Below, piece after piece: positions 9,885 to 17,757 of a stretch of DNA of 53,046 nucleotides. The DNA lies in the IMG/VR virus record IMGVR_UViG_3300043112_000103, positions 1 to 53,046 of that record; one strand, given 5' to 3'. The position numbers were made by a program, and so were the translations under genes. Position 1 is the first letter of the stretch; each line of letters starts with the position of its first letter. The notes below the pieces were generated by a model that did not search any database, was not told where the DNA came from, and saw only the letters and a list, made by a program, of their open reading frames with translations. Source of the stretch: a virus. Taxonomy: Duplodnaviria; Caudoviricetes.

Positions 9885-11333
9885 ATGCAAATTAAATATT
9901 ACAATCCTCCTGTGAATAATTTAGATTTGAAATATACACAAGCTCACAATTTCTTAGATATTAATTATTCAAATAAGTTTGTAGGAACTGTGAGCTTACT
10001 TTTTTCTAAAGTTGATAATTTAGTCAATCTAAATTATTTTAATGGGTTTATCAATAATCTAGACTTGGTTTATAATGGCAAGGGTACTAATATCTTAAAA
10101 GCTAATTATGAAATACAGGATAATAAACTTGGTATTAATTATCTTAATTCAGAAATGTACTCATTAAAATTGAATTATGAAAATAAATTAGCTGTTCCTT
10201 TGTCTATTAAATATAATCTCTCTGATAATGGTTTAAACTTAATTTATACTGGAGCTAAATATCTAAATAAACTAACACTAAATTACAACAAAGTTGCGGC
10301 TGACACTTATCAAAACAGTTTAACTATTAAATATGAGTTAACAGAGATACCTGTTTTAGAAATGAGTTTTGAAGCAGTTACAAACTATGAAGTTAGTACT
10401 AGCTTGGCTTATAGTTTAGAAAACAGTATTAACTCTAATTTTAGTTTATTGATTAGTAGTACTTTCGAATCAATTAAATATTTGGCAACTTCTAATTTAG
10501 AGATACAGTCGGTAAAATTAAAAGAGTTATTAGAGGCTTTCAAATTTGAAACAGTTTCAGAATTCAGTTTATTTGTAAAGTCTATTACTAATAATACTGT
10601 AATATACATTCTCACACCAGATTTTGATTTACTTGCTATTTTGGAAGAATATCAAGATTTTGTGTGGAATAGAAAATGGCGTAGTGTTGATGATTTTCGA
10701 TTAACAATTTCTAAAAAACTACCTTCCTCTAAATATTTGCAACTTGAAAATTATATTGCTGTGAAAAAGGGTGATAAAGTTACAGCCGGTAGGATTGCTA
10801 AAAGAAATCTTAAAAAAGAAAATGACAGCGAATTAATAACAGTTTCCGGAAAAGGGCTTGGAGAAATATTTGAAAATAGAATCGCTTTCAATAAGGTAAA
10901 TACTGATAGTGGTTATGATAGTTTCTCTGGGCCAGCTGAAAGTGCTATGAAACATTATGTTGATGTAAATGTTATAAATCCAACAGAGGTTGACCGAAAA
11001 GTAGATAATCTTATAAATGAAACTGACAGAGAAAAAGGTGCGACTATTAATTATAGAGCAAGATTCCAAAAAATTTCAGAAATACTATATGAAATTGCTA
11101 AGACCACAGGACTTGGTTGGGAATTAGAAATTGATTTAGAAACTAAAGAGGTCATTTTTAAAGTCTTGACAGCTAAAATTAGAAAAGGTGTAAGGTTAAG
11201 TCCAAATTTTGACAGTGTAAAAATGATACAGTTTGAGGAAAATAAAAGCTCACAGGAAAATAAAGTTGTTGTGGCAGGTCAAGGTGAAGGTGCAGACAGA
11301 ATGATTAGAACAGTTTCAAGAAATGAGGTGTAG
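9885..11333 (+). CDS. N-terminal repeat region fused to N-half of ReqiPepy6 Gp37-like baseplate hub protein
   Basis: From ~10602: IYIL...L...E.YQ...WNRKW....DFRL...LS..FD.....N.V.VAGQGEGADR. Confidence 0.75.
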   Translation: MQIKYYNPPVNNLDLKYTQAHNFLDINYSNKFVGTVSLLFSKVDNLVNLNYFNGFINNLDLVYNGKGTNILKANYEIQDNKLGINYLNSEMYSLKLNYENKLAVPLSIKYNLSDNGLNLIYTGAKYLNKLTLNYNKVAADTYQNSLTIKYELTEIPVLEMSFEAVTNYEVSTSLAYSLENSINSNFSLLISSTFESIKYLATSNLEIQSVKLKELLEAFKFETVSEFSLFVKSITNNTVIYILTPDFDLLAILEEYQDFVWNRKWRSVDDFRLTISKKLPSSKYLQLENYIAVKKGDKVTAGRIAKRNLKKENDSELITVSGKGLGEIFENRIAFNKVNTDSGYDSFSGPAESAMKHYVDVNVINPTEVDRKVDNLINETDREKGATINYRARFQKISEILYEIAKTTGLGWELEIDLETKEVIFKVLTAKIRKGVRLSPNFDSVKMIQFEENKSSQENKVVVAGQGEGADRMIRTVSRNEV

Positions 11334-11335
11334 TA

Positions 11336-12619
11336 ATGGGTTTAGAAATAAGACATTTTCAAAAAACTCTCTCTTTTAATATTAAAGACACAGAGGAAAC
11401 AAATACGAAGGTTTTCGATTTACAAGGGCATGTTGTAGCTTTCTTAGGTGCAAAGCATATTAATCTTGAGGAAGGCTCTTATTATATAACTTTGAATGAG
11501 GGTGAGGAATATGAGAGTACTATACAACGTAATTTTGGTGTCACAGCTGAATGGTGGTATGATTTAGACGGGGAAAAAAGAGTGTGGAGTATGGGTGTAC
11601 AAGAAAAACACTTTTATCCAAAAGATAGCTTTATACTAAAAACTGTGGACGGTGTGCCGGTAAGACCTAATAAGGTTGCATTTATAACAGGGGGTTTCGG
11701 GCCTAACTTTTATGCACCTATATTTGGCACTACCCCAGCAAAAATTGAAATCGAGTTTTATTATATTACAGAATCGACTACATTTACTTTACCAATAGAA
11801 ACTAATATTGAAGACGGTAAAGAGCTGATTCTTCAAACTGATAAATTAACTCCTGTGGAAGCGGGTAAGTATGAATTAAAGTTAGGTTCAAAGGGAATTT
11901 TAGAAGACGCTTATTTACCATATTTTATTGAGAATGATATGTACACTGCTAGAGAATTAGATTTGATTGAGCAGTATAATGACACTTATTCTGATAGTAT
12001 TGACAAATTCTTTTATGATATTGAAAGAGTTAATCAGACTCCTTTTCTTGATGAGCTTGTTGGTGCTTATGGGTATGTTCCAAAAGAAGTTGATTTCAAT
12101 TTCGACTTACCAATCAATAATAGAATAGAATCAATTGAAGAAGCGGTTACCTTTGAGCTTGACCCAATAAGTGATAAAATAAGAAATCCTGATGATTTGT
12201 TTAATATGAGATTTAGTAAAGACAGTACCTTTGAACTAATGAGTAATATAAACCTAAGTAACTATCAGATACCGGAATATTTTCCGGAAGAGAATAAATT
12301 TATAAGAGGCTCTAATATTGTAGCTAATACAGAGCAGGGAGATTTCCCACCCATAACTAATTACTATGAAGAAGAGGCAGGAACACAATTTTCACTAGAA
12401 GGGAATGGCCACACTATTAGTAATTTTAAAAATCATAGTCAATATAGTTCCAATGGTGTCGGGCTTTTTGGTATGAATGGCACAGCAAGCGGAAGTTATG
12501 ATTGTTATATTCGTAATTTAAATATAGAGAATGTAGATATCTTGGGTAACGATGTTATCGGGTCTATTCTTTCACTATCAATACCCGATACTGATGACAG
12601 TGGTGGTGTTGCAATATGA
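11336..12619 (+). CDS. Tail-associated protein ending in the first part of a GLUG-type beta-helix domain
   Basis: C-terminal IRNPDDL..M...F.L..NINL...EGNGHTISN...GLFG...IRNLNIENVDI.G. Confidence 0.65.
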   Translation: MGLEIRHFQKTLSFNIKDTEETNTKVFDLQGHVVAFLGAKHINLEEGSYYITLNEGEEYESTIQRNFGVTAEWWYDLDGEKRVWSMGVQEKHFYPKDSFILKTVDGVPVRPNKVAFITGGFGPNFYAPIFGTTPAKIEIEFYYITESTTFTLPIETNIEDGKELILQTDKLTPVEAGKYELKLGSKGILEDAYLPYFIENDMYTARELDLIEQYNDTYSDSIDKFFYDIERVNQTPFLDELVGAYGYVPKEVDFNFDLPINNRIESIEEAVTFELDPISDKIRNPDDLFNMRFSKDSTFELMSNINLSNYQIPEYFPEENKFIRGSNIVANTEQGDFPPITNYYEEEAGTQFSLEGNGHTISNFKNHSQYSSNGVGLFGMNGTASGSYDCYIRNLNIENVDILGNDVIGSILSLSIPDTDDSGGVAI

Positions 12620-14751
12620 GTATAACCTTAGAAAATATAACTGTTACCGGAAAAATTGTTGGACAAGACTTTGTAGGAGGTCTTGTTGGAACAGGGGAAG
12701 ACATTACAATAATTAGCTGTAATTTTGAAGGGGAAATTGAAGCTAATAATAATGTAGGTGGTTTAGCTGGTGAAGCGAGTGGTTTAATAGAAAAATCTTC
12801 CTCTGTATGTGATATAAATGGAAGCAGTAATATTGGGGGTTTGGTTGGTAGTGGCGATATCTCTATAATTAATTGTTATTCAAGAAGCAATTTAACAGGT
12901 ACAAGTGTATTAGGAGGGTTAGTAGGAAATGGTGATGGTGCAAGTTTAATAAACTGTTATTCAGCAAGCAGTATTAACACAACCGGTATGAAAGGTAGCT
13001 TAGTAGGAAACAACGGCCAATATGTAGTAAATAGTTGTTACTACAATCAAGAGCTAGTAAACTCGTTAAATTACACTCAAGGTGAAGGTAAAACCACAGA
13101 AGAAATGATATTTCCAATTGATTATGAGAGTATTTATCTTGGCTGGGATTTTGAAGAAGTTTGGGATATAAAAGAGGAAGTAACTGAAGGCTACCCATTT
13201 TTTGGTGGAGACGGAATGCTTTATATGCTATTTAACGCACATTCTAGTTTGAATAGTTTAGAATTAAGTACAGCTTTTTTCATTAATTTAAACTCACAAA
13301 CTGAATATATCTCAGAAATAACTCCCTGGTTTCCGATTATTAGAACTAATATGGTTTCTAGAATTACTAATGGTGCTTTTGCTTCCGGCACTCTGTTAAG
13401 ACCCGGGCCTTATGAAGATGAGCTTTGGAATAGTGGTGTAAAAGGTTTTTTTGAATATGTACCAAATACACAAACATTTGAGGATTTAGCAGCTCAAGAT
13501 ACAATGCCTATTAGACTTCCTGTTAAAAGTGCTGAAACTACTTCTGTGCATATATCAAGAGATATCCATTCTAATGATACAGAAATATATTTAGAAAATT
13601 TACCAAATGAGTGGTCGATAGATTCAGAGAATGAATTTAAGTATTTAGGTATTACAGATGGTAATAGAGATGAAATAATTGGTTATAGTCAGACTGGGTT
13701 TTTAGATGGTGAATATGTAATTATGGATGTTAAAAGAGGATTAAGAACTTCAACAGCACAAAGTTTTTCAGTAGGTGAAGATACAGTTGTTTATTCATCT
13801 TCCTTAGAAATGTCTTTAACTTGGGATGATAAAATTATACCACTTGGAAAGCGAACTGAATATTTATTTAGGGCTGGAATTGAAATAGACACTAGATTAA
13901 GCACTACCGGTGAAAGAGTTACTTTTAGGTTTTATGGTGGAGAGAGAAAACTCGGTATCGATGAAACCGAGCCACTCACCGGTTTAGAAATGGGAGAATT
14001 ATTCATTGACGCTCGAGATTTAGAATTTGAAGATGAGCTTTTTGATAGAGCTAAACTCGAATTTGAAGAGATGGGGTTTGAAGCCTGGAATTTAGATGAA
14101 TTTAAAGAGTGGACTTGGGAAGAATTTAAGGATATAGAAACACCACAATTTGAAACAATGACGCTTGCTGAATTAATTAAAATAGCTTCCAATATCACAG
14201 ATTATACTGAAAGAGATTTGGTAAACAATTACAGCAGAGATGAAATTGAGCAGATAATTCAAGATAAGCTGAATATTGTAACTGCTGATGAAATAAATTC
14301 TTGGGATTTTGATGTCGCTAAATTAGTAGCTCGATTATTAACGGGTGAGCCTTCCGGAGCTTATGAGGATTGGACTGAAAGAGAAGTAAAAGATTTTTTA
14401 ATTACAATGCTGACTAATGAGTTTAATTTTGAAGATTTTGAAGATAACTTTCCATTTGATAAGTGGGAAACTATAATGAAATCTAGACTGGAGCTTGTGA
14501 TTAATAATGACGCTTCAATTGAAGTAGAGTACAATCAGTATGGGCCTTACAATTATATGGTAGATTTTCAGCTGGGCGATATCATTGTTGTAGAATATCC
14601 GGATGTATTTAGAGCTATGATTAGAATTATTGAAGTAAAGGAAGAATATACACCAGAAGGTAAAAAATACACTTTAACATTAGGTAAAGAATTTGACACG
14701 CTTATTTCGGAAATTAAAAAGAATAATGACAATGTCAGTAGGAGGCTTTAG
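12616..14751 (+). CDS. GLUG-repeat protein fused to C-half of Gp37-like hub
   Basis: N-terminal VGGLVG/VGGLAG/IGGLVG repeats, GWDF..VW; C-terminal ELFIDARD...Y..DFQLGD.I.V...RI.EV.E. Confidence 0.75.
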   Translation: MSITLENITVTGKIVGQDFVGGLVGTGEDITIISCNFEGEIEANNNVGGLAGEASGLIEKSSSVCDINGSSNIGGLVGSGDISIINCYSRSNLTGTSVLGGLVGNGDGASLINCYSASSINTTGMKGSLVGNNGQYVVNSCYYNQELVNSLNYTQGEGKTTEEMIFPIDYESIYLGWDFEEVWDIKEEVTEGYPFFGGDGMLYMLFNAHSSLNSLELSTAFFINLNSQTEYISEITPWFPIIRTNMVSRITNGAFASGTLLRPGPYEDELWNSGVKGFFEYVPNTQTFEDLAAQDTMPIRLPVKSAETTSVHISRDIHSNDTEIYLENLPNEWSIDSENEFKYLGITDGNRDEIIGYSQTGFLDGEYVIMDVKRGLRTSTAQSFSVGEDTVVYSSSLEMSLTWDDKIIPLGKRTEYLFRAGIEIDTRLSTTGERVTFRFYGGERKLGIDETEPLTGLEMGELFIDARDLEFEDELFDRAKLEFEEMGFEAWNLDEFKEWTWEEFKDIETPQFETMTLAELIKIASNITDYTERDLVNNYSRDEIEQIIQDKLNIVTADEINSWDFDVAKLVARLLTGEPSGAYEDWTEREVKDFLITMLTNEFNFEDFEDNFPFDKWETIMKSRLELVINNDASIEVEYNQYGPYNYMVDFQLGDIIVVEYPDVFRAMIRIIEVKEEYTPEGKKYTLTLGKEFDTLISEIKKNNDNVSRRL

Positions 14752-14800
14752 AGCACACTTTAAAATAGATATAAAAGTAAAAAGTGGGGTGTTGGATGTA

Positions 14801-15148
14801 GTGGGAAATCAAAGGGAATCTTTAGAAGTCAATAATATTTGGGAGTTACTTGCTAAAATTGAAAATATAGATAATAAAACTTCAAAGCAATATGAAAGTT
14901 TAAGGGAAGAAATGACCGCTGTGAGAGAAGTTTTGAATAATGGGATAGTTTCAGCGACTAAGGCTAACACAAAGGCAATTGAGAATTTAAAAGATATTGT
15001 AGTGGAATTAAATACTTGTGTAGCAACTGATGAAGCTGAAAGGGAAGGTAAAAAAACTGCTTTAAAAGTAATAATTGGAATAGTTTCCGGAGTTGGAAGT
15101 GGAATAGTTACAACGCTGACTATATTATATCAGTTGGGGGTGTTATAG
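14801..15148 (+). CDS. Putative holin / coiled-coil protein with C-terminal TM helix
   Basis: GTG after GGGGTG; hydrophobic C-terminus; directly before endolysin. Confidence 0.55.
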   Translation: MGNQRESLEVNNIWELLAKIENIDNKTSKQYESLREEMTAVREVLNNGIVSATKANTKAIENLKDIVVELNTCVATDEAEREGKKTALKVIIGIVSGVGSGIVTTLTILYQLGVL

Positions 15149-15149
15149 A

Positions 15150-15548
15150 ATGAAAAACGGTAAAGTGGTTAATGATTTTCAAATAACAGAACATTTTAAT
15201 TTAAAAGAATTTGAATGTAATGATGAAACTAAGGCTGTGAAACTGCATCCTAAATTACCACAGAAACTTGAGAACTTGCGGCGACTGGTTTCCAAAGAAT
15301 TACGCCGGGAAACACCACTTTTAATTACTTCCGGTTATAGAACTCCGAAATACAATCGCAAAGTTGGAGGTGCAAAAAAATCCCAGCATTTAAAAGGAAC
15401 GGCGGCTGACATTATTTTACCGGAAAATATCACAACAGATAGGTTTGCTGCACTTGCGGAGCTTGCTGGTTTTGACGGGATAGGAAAGTACCAAACTTTT
15501 GTTCATTGTGATGTCAGAGGATATCCGGCCCGCTGGGATAATCGATAA
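15150..15548 (+). CDS. Endolysin, peptidase M15A family
   Basis: HF.L.EF.C, ITSGYR, VGGA..SQH..G.AADI, FVH.DVR motifs. Confidence 0.9.
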   Translation: MKNGKVVNDFQITEHFNLKEFECNDETKAVKLHPKLPQKLENLRRLVSKELRRETPLLITSGYRTPKYNRKVGGAKKSQHLKGTAADIILPENITTDRFAALAELAGFDGIGKYQTFVHCDVRGYPARWDNR

Positions 15549-15733
15549 TGAAGTTTTCCACAGACTGGGCCGAGTTATTAAAAGACGACGACTTTCAGCA
15601 GGACTTGGTTTTCTTTTCCCTTGTTTCTCTGATGTATATTTTTGGGCTGATTGAAAAATCAAGTTTCGACACTCTATCGACTGTTATCATAATGGGGGAC
15701 GCAGTAAAAAAGTTGGGAAGGAGTCAAAAATGA
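15548..15733 (+). CDS. Small membrane protein, holin candidate
   Basis: 61 aa with hydrophobic stretch, coupled to endolysin. Confidence 0.5.
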   Translation: MKFSTDWAELLKDDDFQQDLVFFSLVSLMYIFGLIEKSSFDTLSTVIIMGDAVKKLGRSQK

Positions 15734-16176
15734 AATTAGAAATGCACAGAGATTTAAATGATTTGGCTCCGGAACAACCAACGATTGATGAAAATATCGC
15801 CCGGGCCAACAGGGAGCTTGAAGAATATAAAAAGCGACTTGATAAAGATTATATAACGTCGAACGGTTATTGGGAGTTTCTGGTTTGGAAATACGAGAGT
15901 TTAGGTCGGCCCGATTCTATGAAAGAAAAGTTATTGGCGGTCGCACTTGAATGGGCCGAATATATTTTCGTGAAAGGAGGTGGCATTATGGATATGACAG
16001 AATTAGCTTTTGACGCTTTGAATTATGTAATGGACGAAACTGACGTTGACGACCAGTTATATAAATTTGCGGCTGATAAAATGAAAGAAGAAATTCCCGG
16101 TAAAAAAGCCGAGCCAGTTATTGGTAAATTAATGGTTGGTTTGGGAACTGAACTTCAAAAACCGGACACAGAGTAA
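15730..16176 (+). CDS. Hypothetical lysis-region protein with in-frame internal start at 15988
   Basis: 148-aa ORF; internal AAAGGAGG 7 nt before an in-frame ATG. Confidence 0.55.
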   Translation: MKLEMHRDLNDLAPEQPTIDENIARANRELEEYKKRLDKDYITSNGYWEFLVWKYESLGRPDSMKEKLLAVALEWAEYIFVKGGGIMDMTELAFDALNYVMDETDVDDQLYKFAADKMKEEIPGKKAEPVIGKLMVGLGTELQKPDTE

Positions 16177-16209
16177 TCAAGTTTTAAAATATAAAATTTT
16201 CCTCCTTCC

Positions 16210-16262
16210 CTCCTGTCTTATTACTGGCACAAAATAAGGCAGGGGGTTTAAATCCCTGCCTG
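16210..16262. terminator. Overlapping terminator hairpins at the convergent junction
   Basis: CCTGTCTTAT/ATAAGGCAGG and GGCAGGG/CCCTGCC stems between converging genes. Confidence 0.6.
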
Positions 16263-16282
16263 GTTATGTTATTCATTTTCAA

Positions 16283-16516
16283 TTATATTTCATAGTTTCC
16301 GTTGCGGTAATCTTCTAAACTTATTACTGGTTTGTGAAATCCAAATCCGAGTTGTATTTCGCCGCTTAAAACTTCAAATCCTTTTGCGTTTCTAGTTACC
16401 GTTCTATTAGCTGTGAGTTGCAGTTGCATTATTTCCTGTCCTTCCCAGTCCTTGTAAATTGTAATTTTTCTGACATTTTTGTAATTTCCGCCGACTTCTA
16501 AATCTTTTACTTTCAT
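16283..16516 (-). CDS. Hypothetical early protein (MKVKDL paralog A)
   Basis: AGGAGG site and own promoter upstream. Confidence 0.75.
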   Translation of the reverse strand: MKVKDLEVGGNYKNVRKITIYKDWEGQEIMQLQLTANRTVTRNAKGFEVLSGEIQLGFGFHKPVISLEDYRNGNYEI

Positions 16517-16547
16517 TTTTTATTCCTCCTTTTGTTATCTTACTACC

Positions 16548-16577
16548 ATTGTAACATATTCTAATCAATATTACCAG
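16548..16577 (-). promoter_or_regulatory. Repeated early promoter, copy 1
   Basis: CTGGTA-N18-TACAAT with TTAGAATATG. Confidence 0.75.
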
Positions 16578-16641
16578 CGTTTCTCAAAGAAACTTGGAAT
16601 AAAAAATGAGCAGAGATTTTATTCCCTGCTCGGTTATGTTT

Positions 16642-16806
16642 TTAATTTCCAATTTTGATTGCTGTTCCTTCAAGAATTTTAAAATCTTTCTTTTTTCCTG
16701 CGATTTTTCTGTTACCATTTAATGTGATTTCATATTCTGTGCCGAAGTCTTTCACAGCGGTTACATTTTCATAAACTTTGCCGAAAACTAAATCTTTTAC
16801 TTTCAT
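16642..16806 (-). CDS. Hypothetical early protein (MKVKDL paralog B, 54 aa; not in track)
   Basis: MKVKDLVFGKVYENV...NGNRKIAG...FKILEG; GGAGGG site. Confidence 0.7.
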   Translation of the reverse strand: MKVKDLVFGKVYENVTAVKDFGTEYEITLNGNRKIAGKKKDFKILEGTAIKIGN

Positions 16807-16807
16807 A

Positions 16808-16993
16808 TTATCCCTCCGCTCTCGCTAATTCTCTCATTGTGTATTGTAGGAGCTTTCTAAAATCTTCAATTCCTAAGTGTTCTTCAAGTCTGATTTCTTC
16901 TAAAATATCGTGGGCTTTCTTGAAACTGATTTCGCCGCCGAGCTGTTCTAAAACTTCCATTGTCAGTTGTTTTCTTTTTGCTGTTCTTAACAT
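16808..16993 (-). CDS. Hypothetical protein
   Basis: ATG 16993 after AAGGAGG. Confidence 0.7.
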   Translation of the reverse strand: MLRTAKRKQLTMEVLEQLGGEISFKKAHDILEEIRLEEHLGIEDFRKLLQYTMRELARAEG

Positions 16994-17045
16994 TTTGTAT
17001 TCCTCCTTAGATTTTTTTATACGCTTTGTCTTACTTACTACTACC

Positions 17046-17075
17046 ATTATAGTATATTCTAACGGAAATTACCAG
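17046..17075 (-). promoter_or_regulatory. Repeated early promoter, copy 2
   Basis: CTGGTA-N18-TATAAT with TTAGAATAT. Confidence 0.75.
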
Positions 17076-17174
17076 CGTTATTCAAAGAAAAATCACTTTT
17101 TTTCAAATTTTTATTGAAACTTTGTAATTACAATCACAAAGAATAATCTTTACCAAAAAACAACATTATTTTCC

Positions 17175-17500
17175 AATATGGTGAATATGGCGTTCATTTC
17201 ACAAAACTTTTATGAAAATCAGTAAAAAGCGGTTAGAATATATTTTAGCGATTTTGATATTTTTTTCCGAAATCGAAGCTATATTGTGAATATGGCGTTT
17301 CTAATCGGAAACTTTTTTATTTCAATCCTTATACTCTTTTCTTTATTTACTTTTTTCTAAAATAGTTTTAAGATATTAAGGGGATATTAAGGATATGGAG
17401 GTAATAAGGGAAAACTTTAATAAAAATCGCTGAAATATATTCTAAAGGCTTTTTACCGATTTTGATAAAAGTTTTGGGATTTGACCGCCATAAATGGCAT
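17175..17500. repeat. Non-coding repeat element A (candidate origin); 17281-17492 is an inverted copy of 44134-44345 and 17186-17268 an extra partial copy
   Basis: Manual ungapped alignment; ATATGG(C/T)G units; AT-rich core; next to primase-helicase. Confidence 0.75.
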
Positions 17501-17542
17501 ATAATTTTCAGTCAGTAATTTATTTCACAAGCATTATTCCTC

Positions 17543-17571
17543 TTGAAATATATTCTATAATATGTTATACT
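17543..17571 (+). promoter_or_regulatory. Sigma-A-like promoter of replication operon
   Basis: TTGAAA-17-TATACT with extended -10 TG. Confidence 0.65.
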
Positions 17572-17607
17572 CTTAGTAACAGTAAAGAACTCAGAGGAGG
17601 TGGTCTT

Positions 17608-17757
17608 GTGGGTAGATATAGAAGCGTTCGAATAAATAAAGGCAACTTGCGTTACTTTGAAAAGTTGCAACGGTTGGCGGATAAAAAAGAGGTCAGCTTG
17701 AACAATTTAATAAATGAAGCGGTCAAAGAATATACGTCTAGGAGGGAAAATATATAA
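17608..17757 (+). CDS. Ribbon-helix-helix DNA-binding protein
   Basis: GTG after GGAGG; SVRI...EKLQRLA....VSLNNLINEAVKEY. Confidence 0.7.
   Translation: MGRYRSVRINKGNLRYFEKLQRLADKKEVSLNNLINEAVKEYTSRRENI

Noticed and set aside
8390-14751. Diversity-generating retroelement or invertible tail-fibre system
   Set aside because: No reverse transcriptase, recombinase or template/variable repeat pair seen
16283-17757. Lysogeny switch at the divergent promoters
   Set aside because: No integrase or CI-like HTH/peptidase; leftward genes are small promoter-led cassettes
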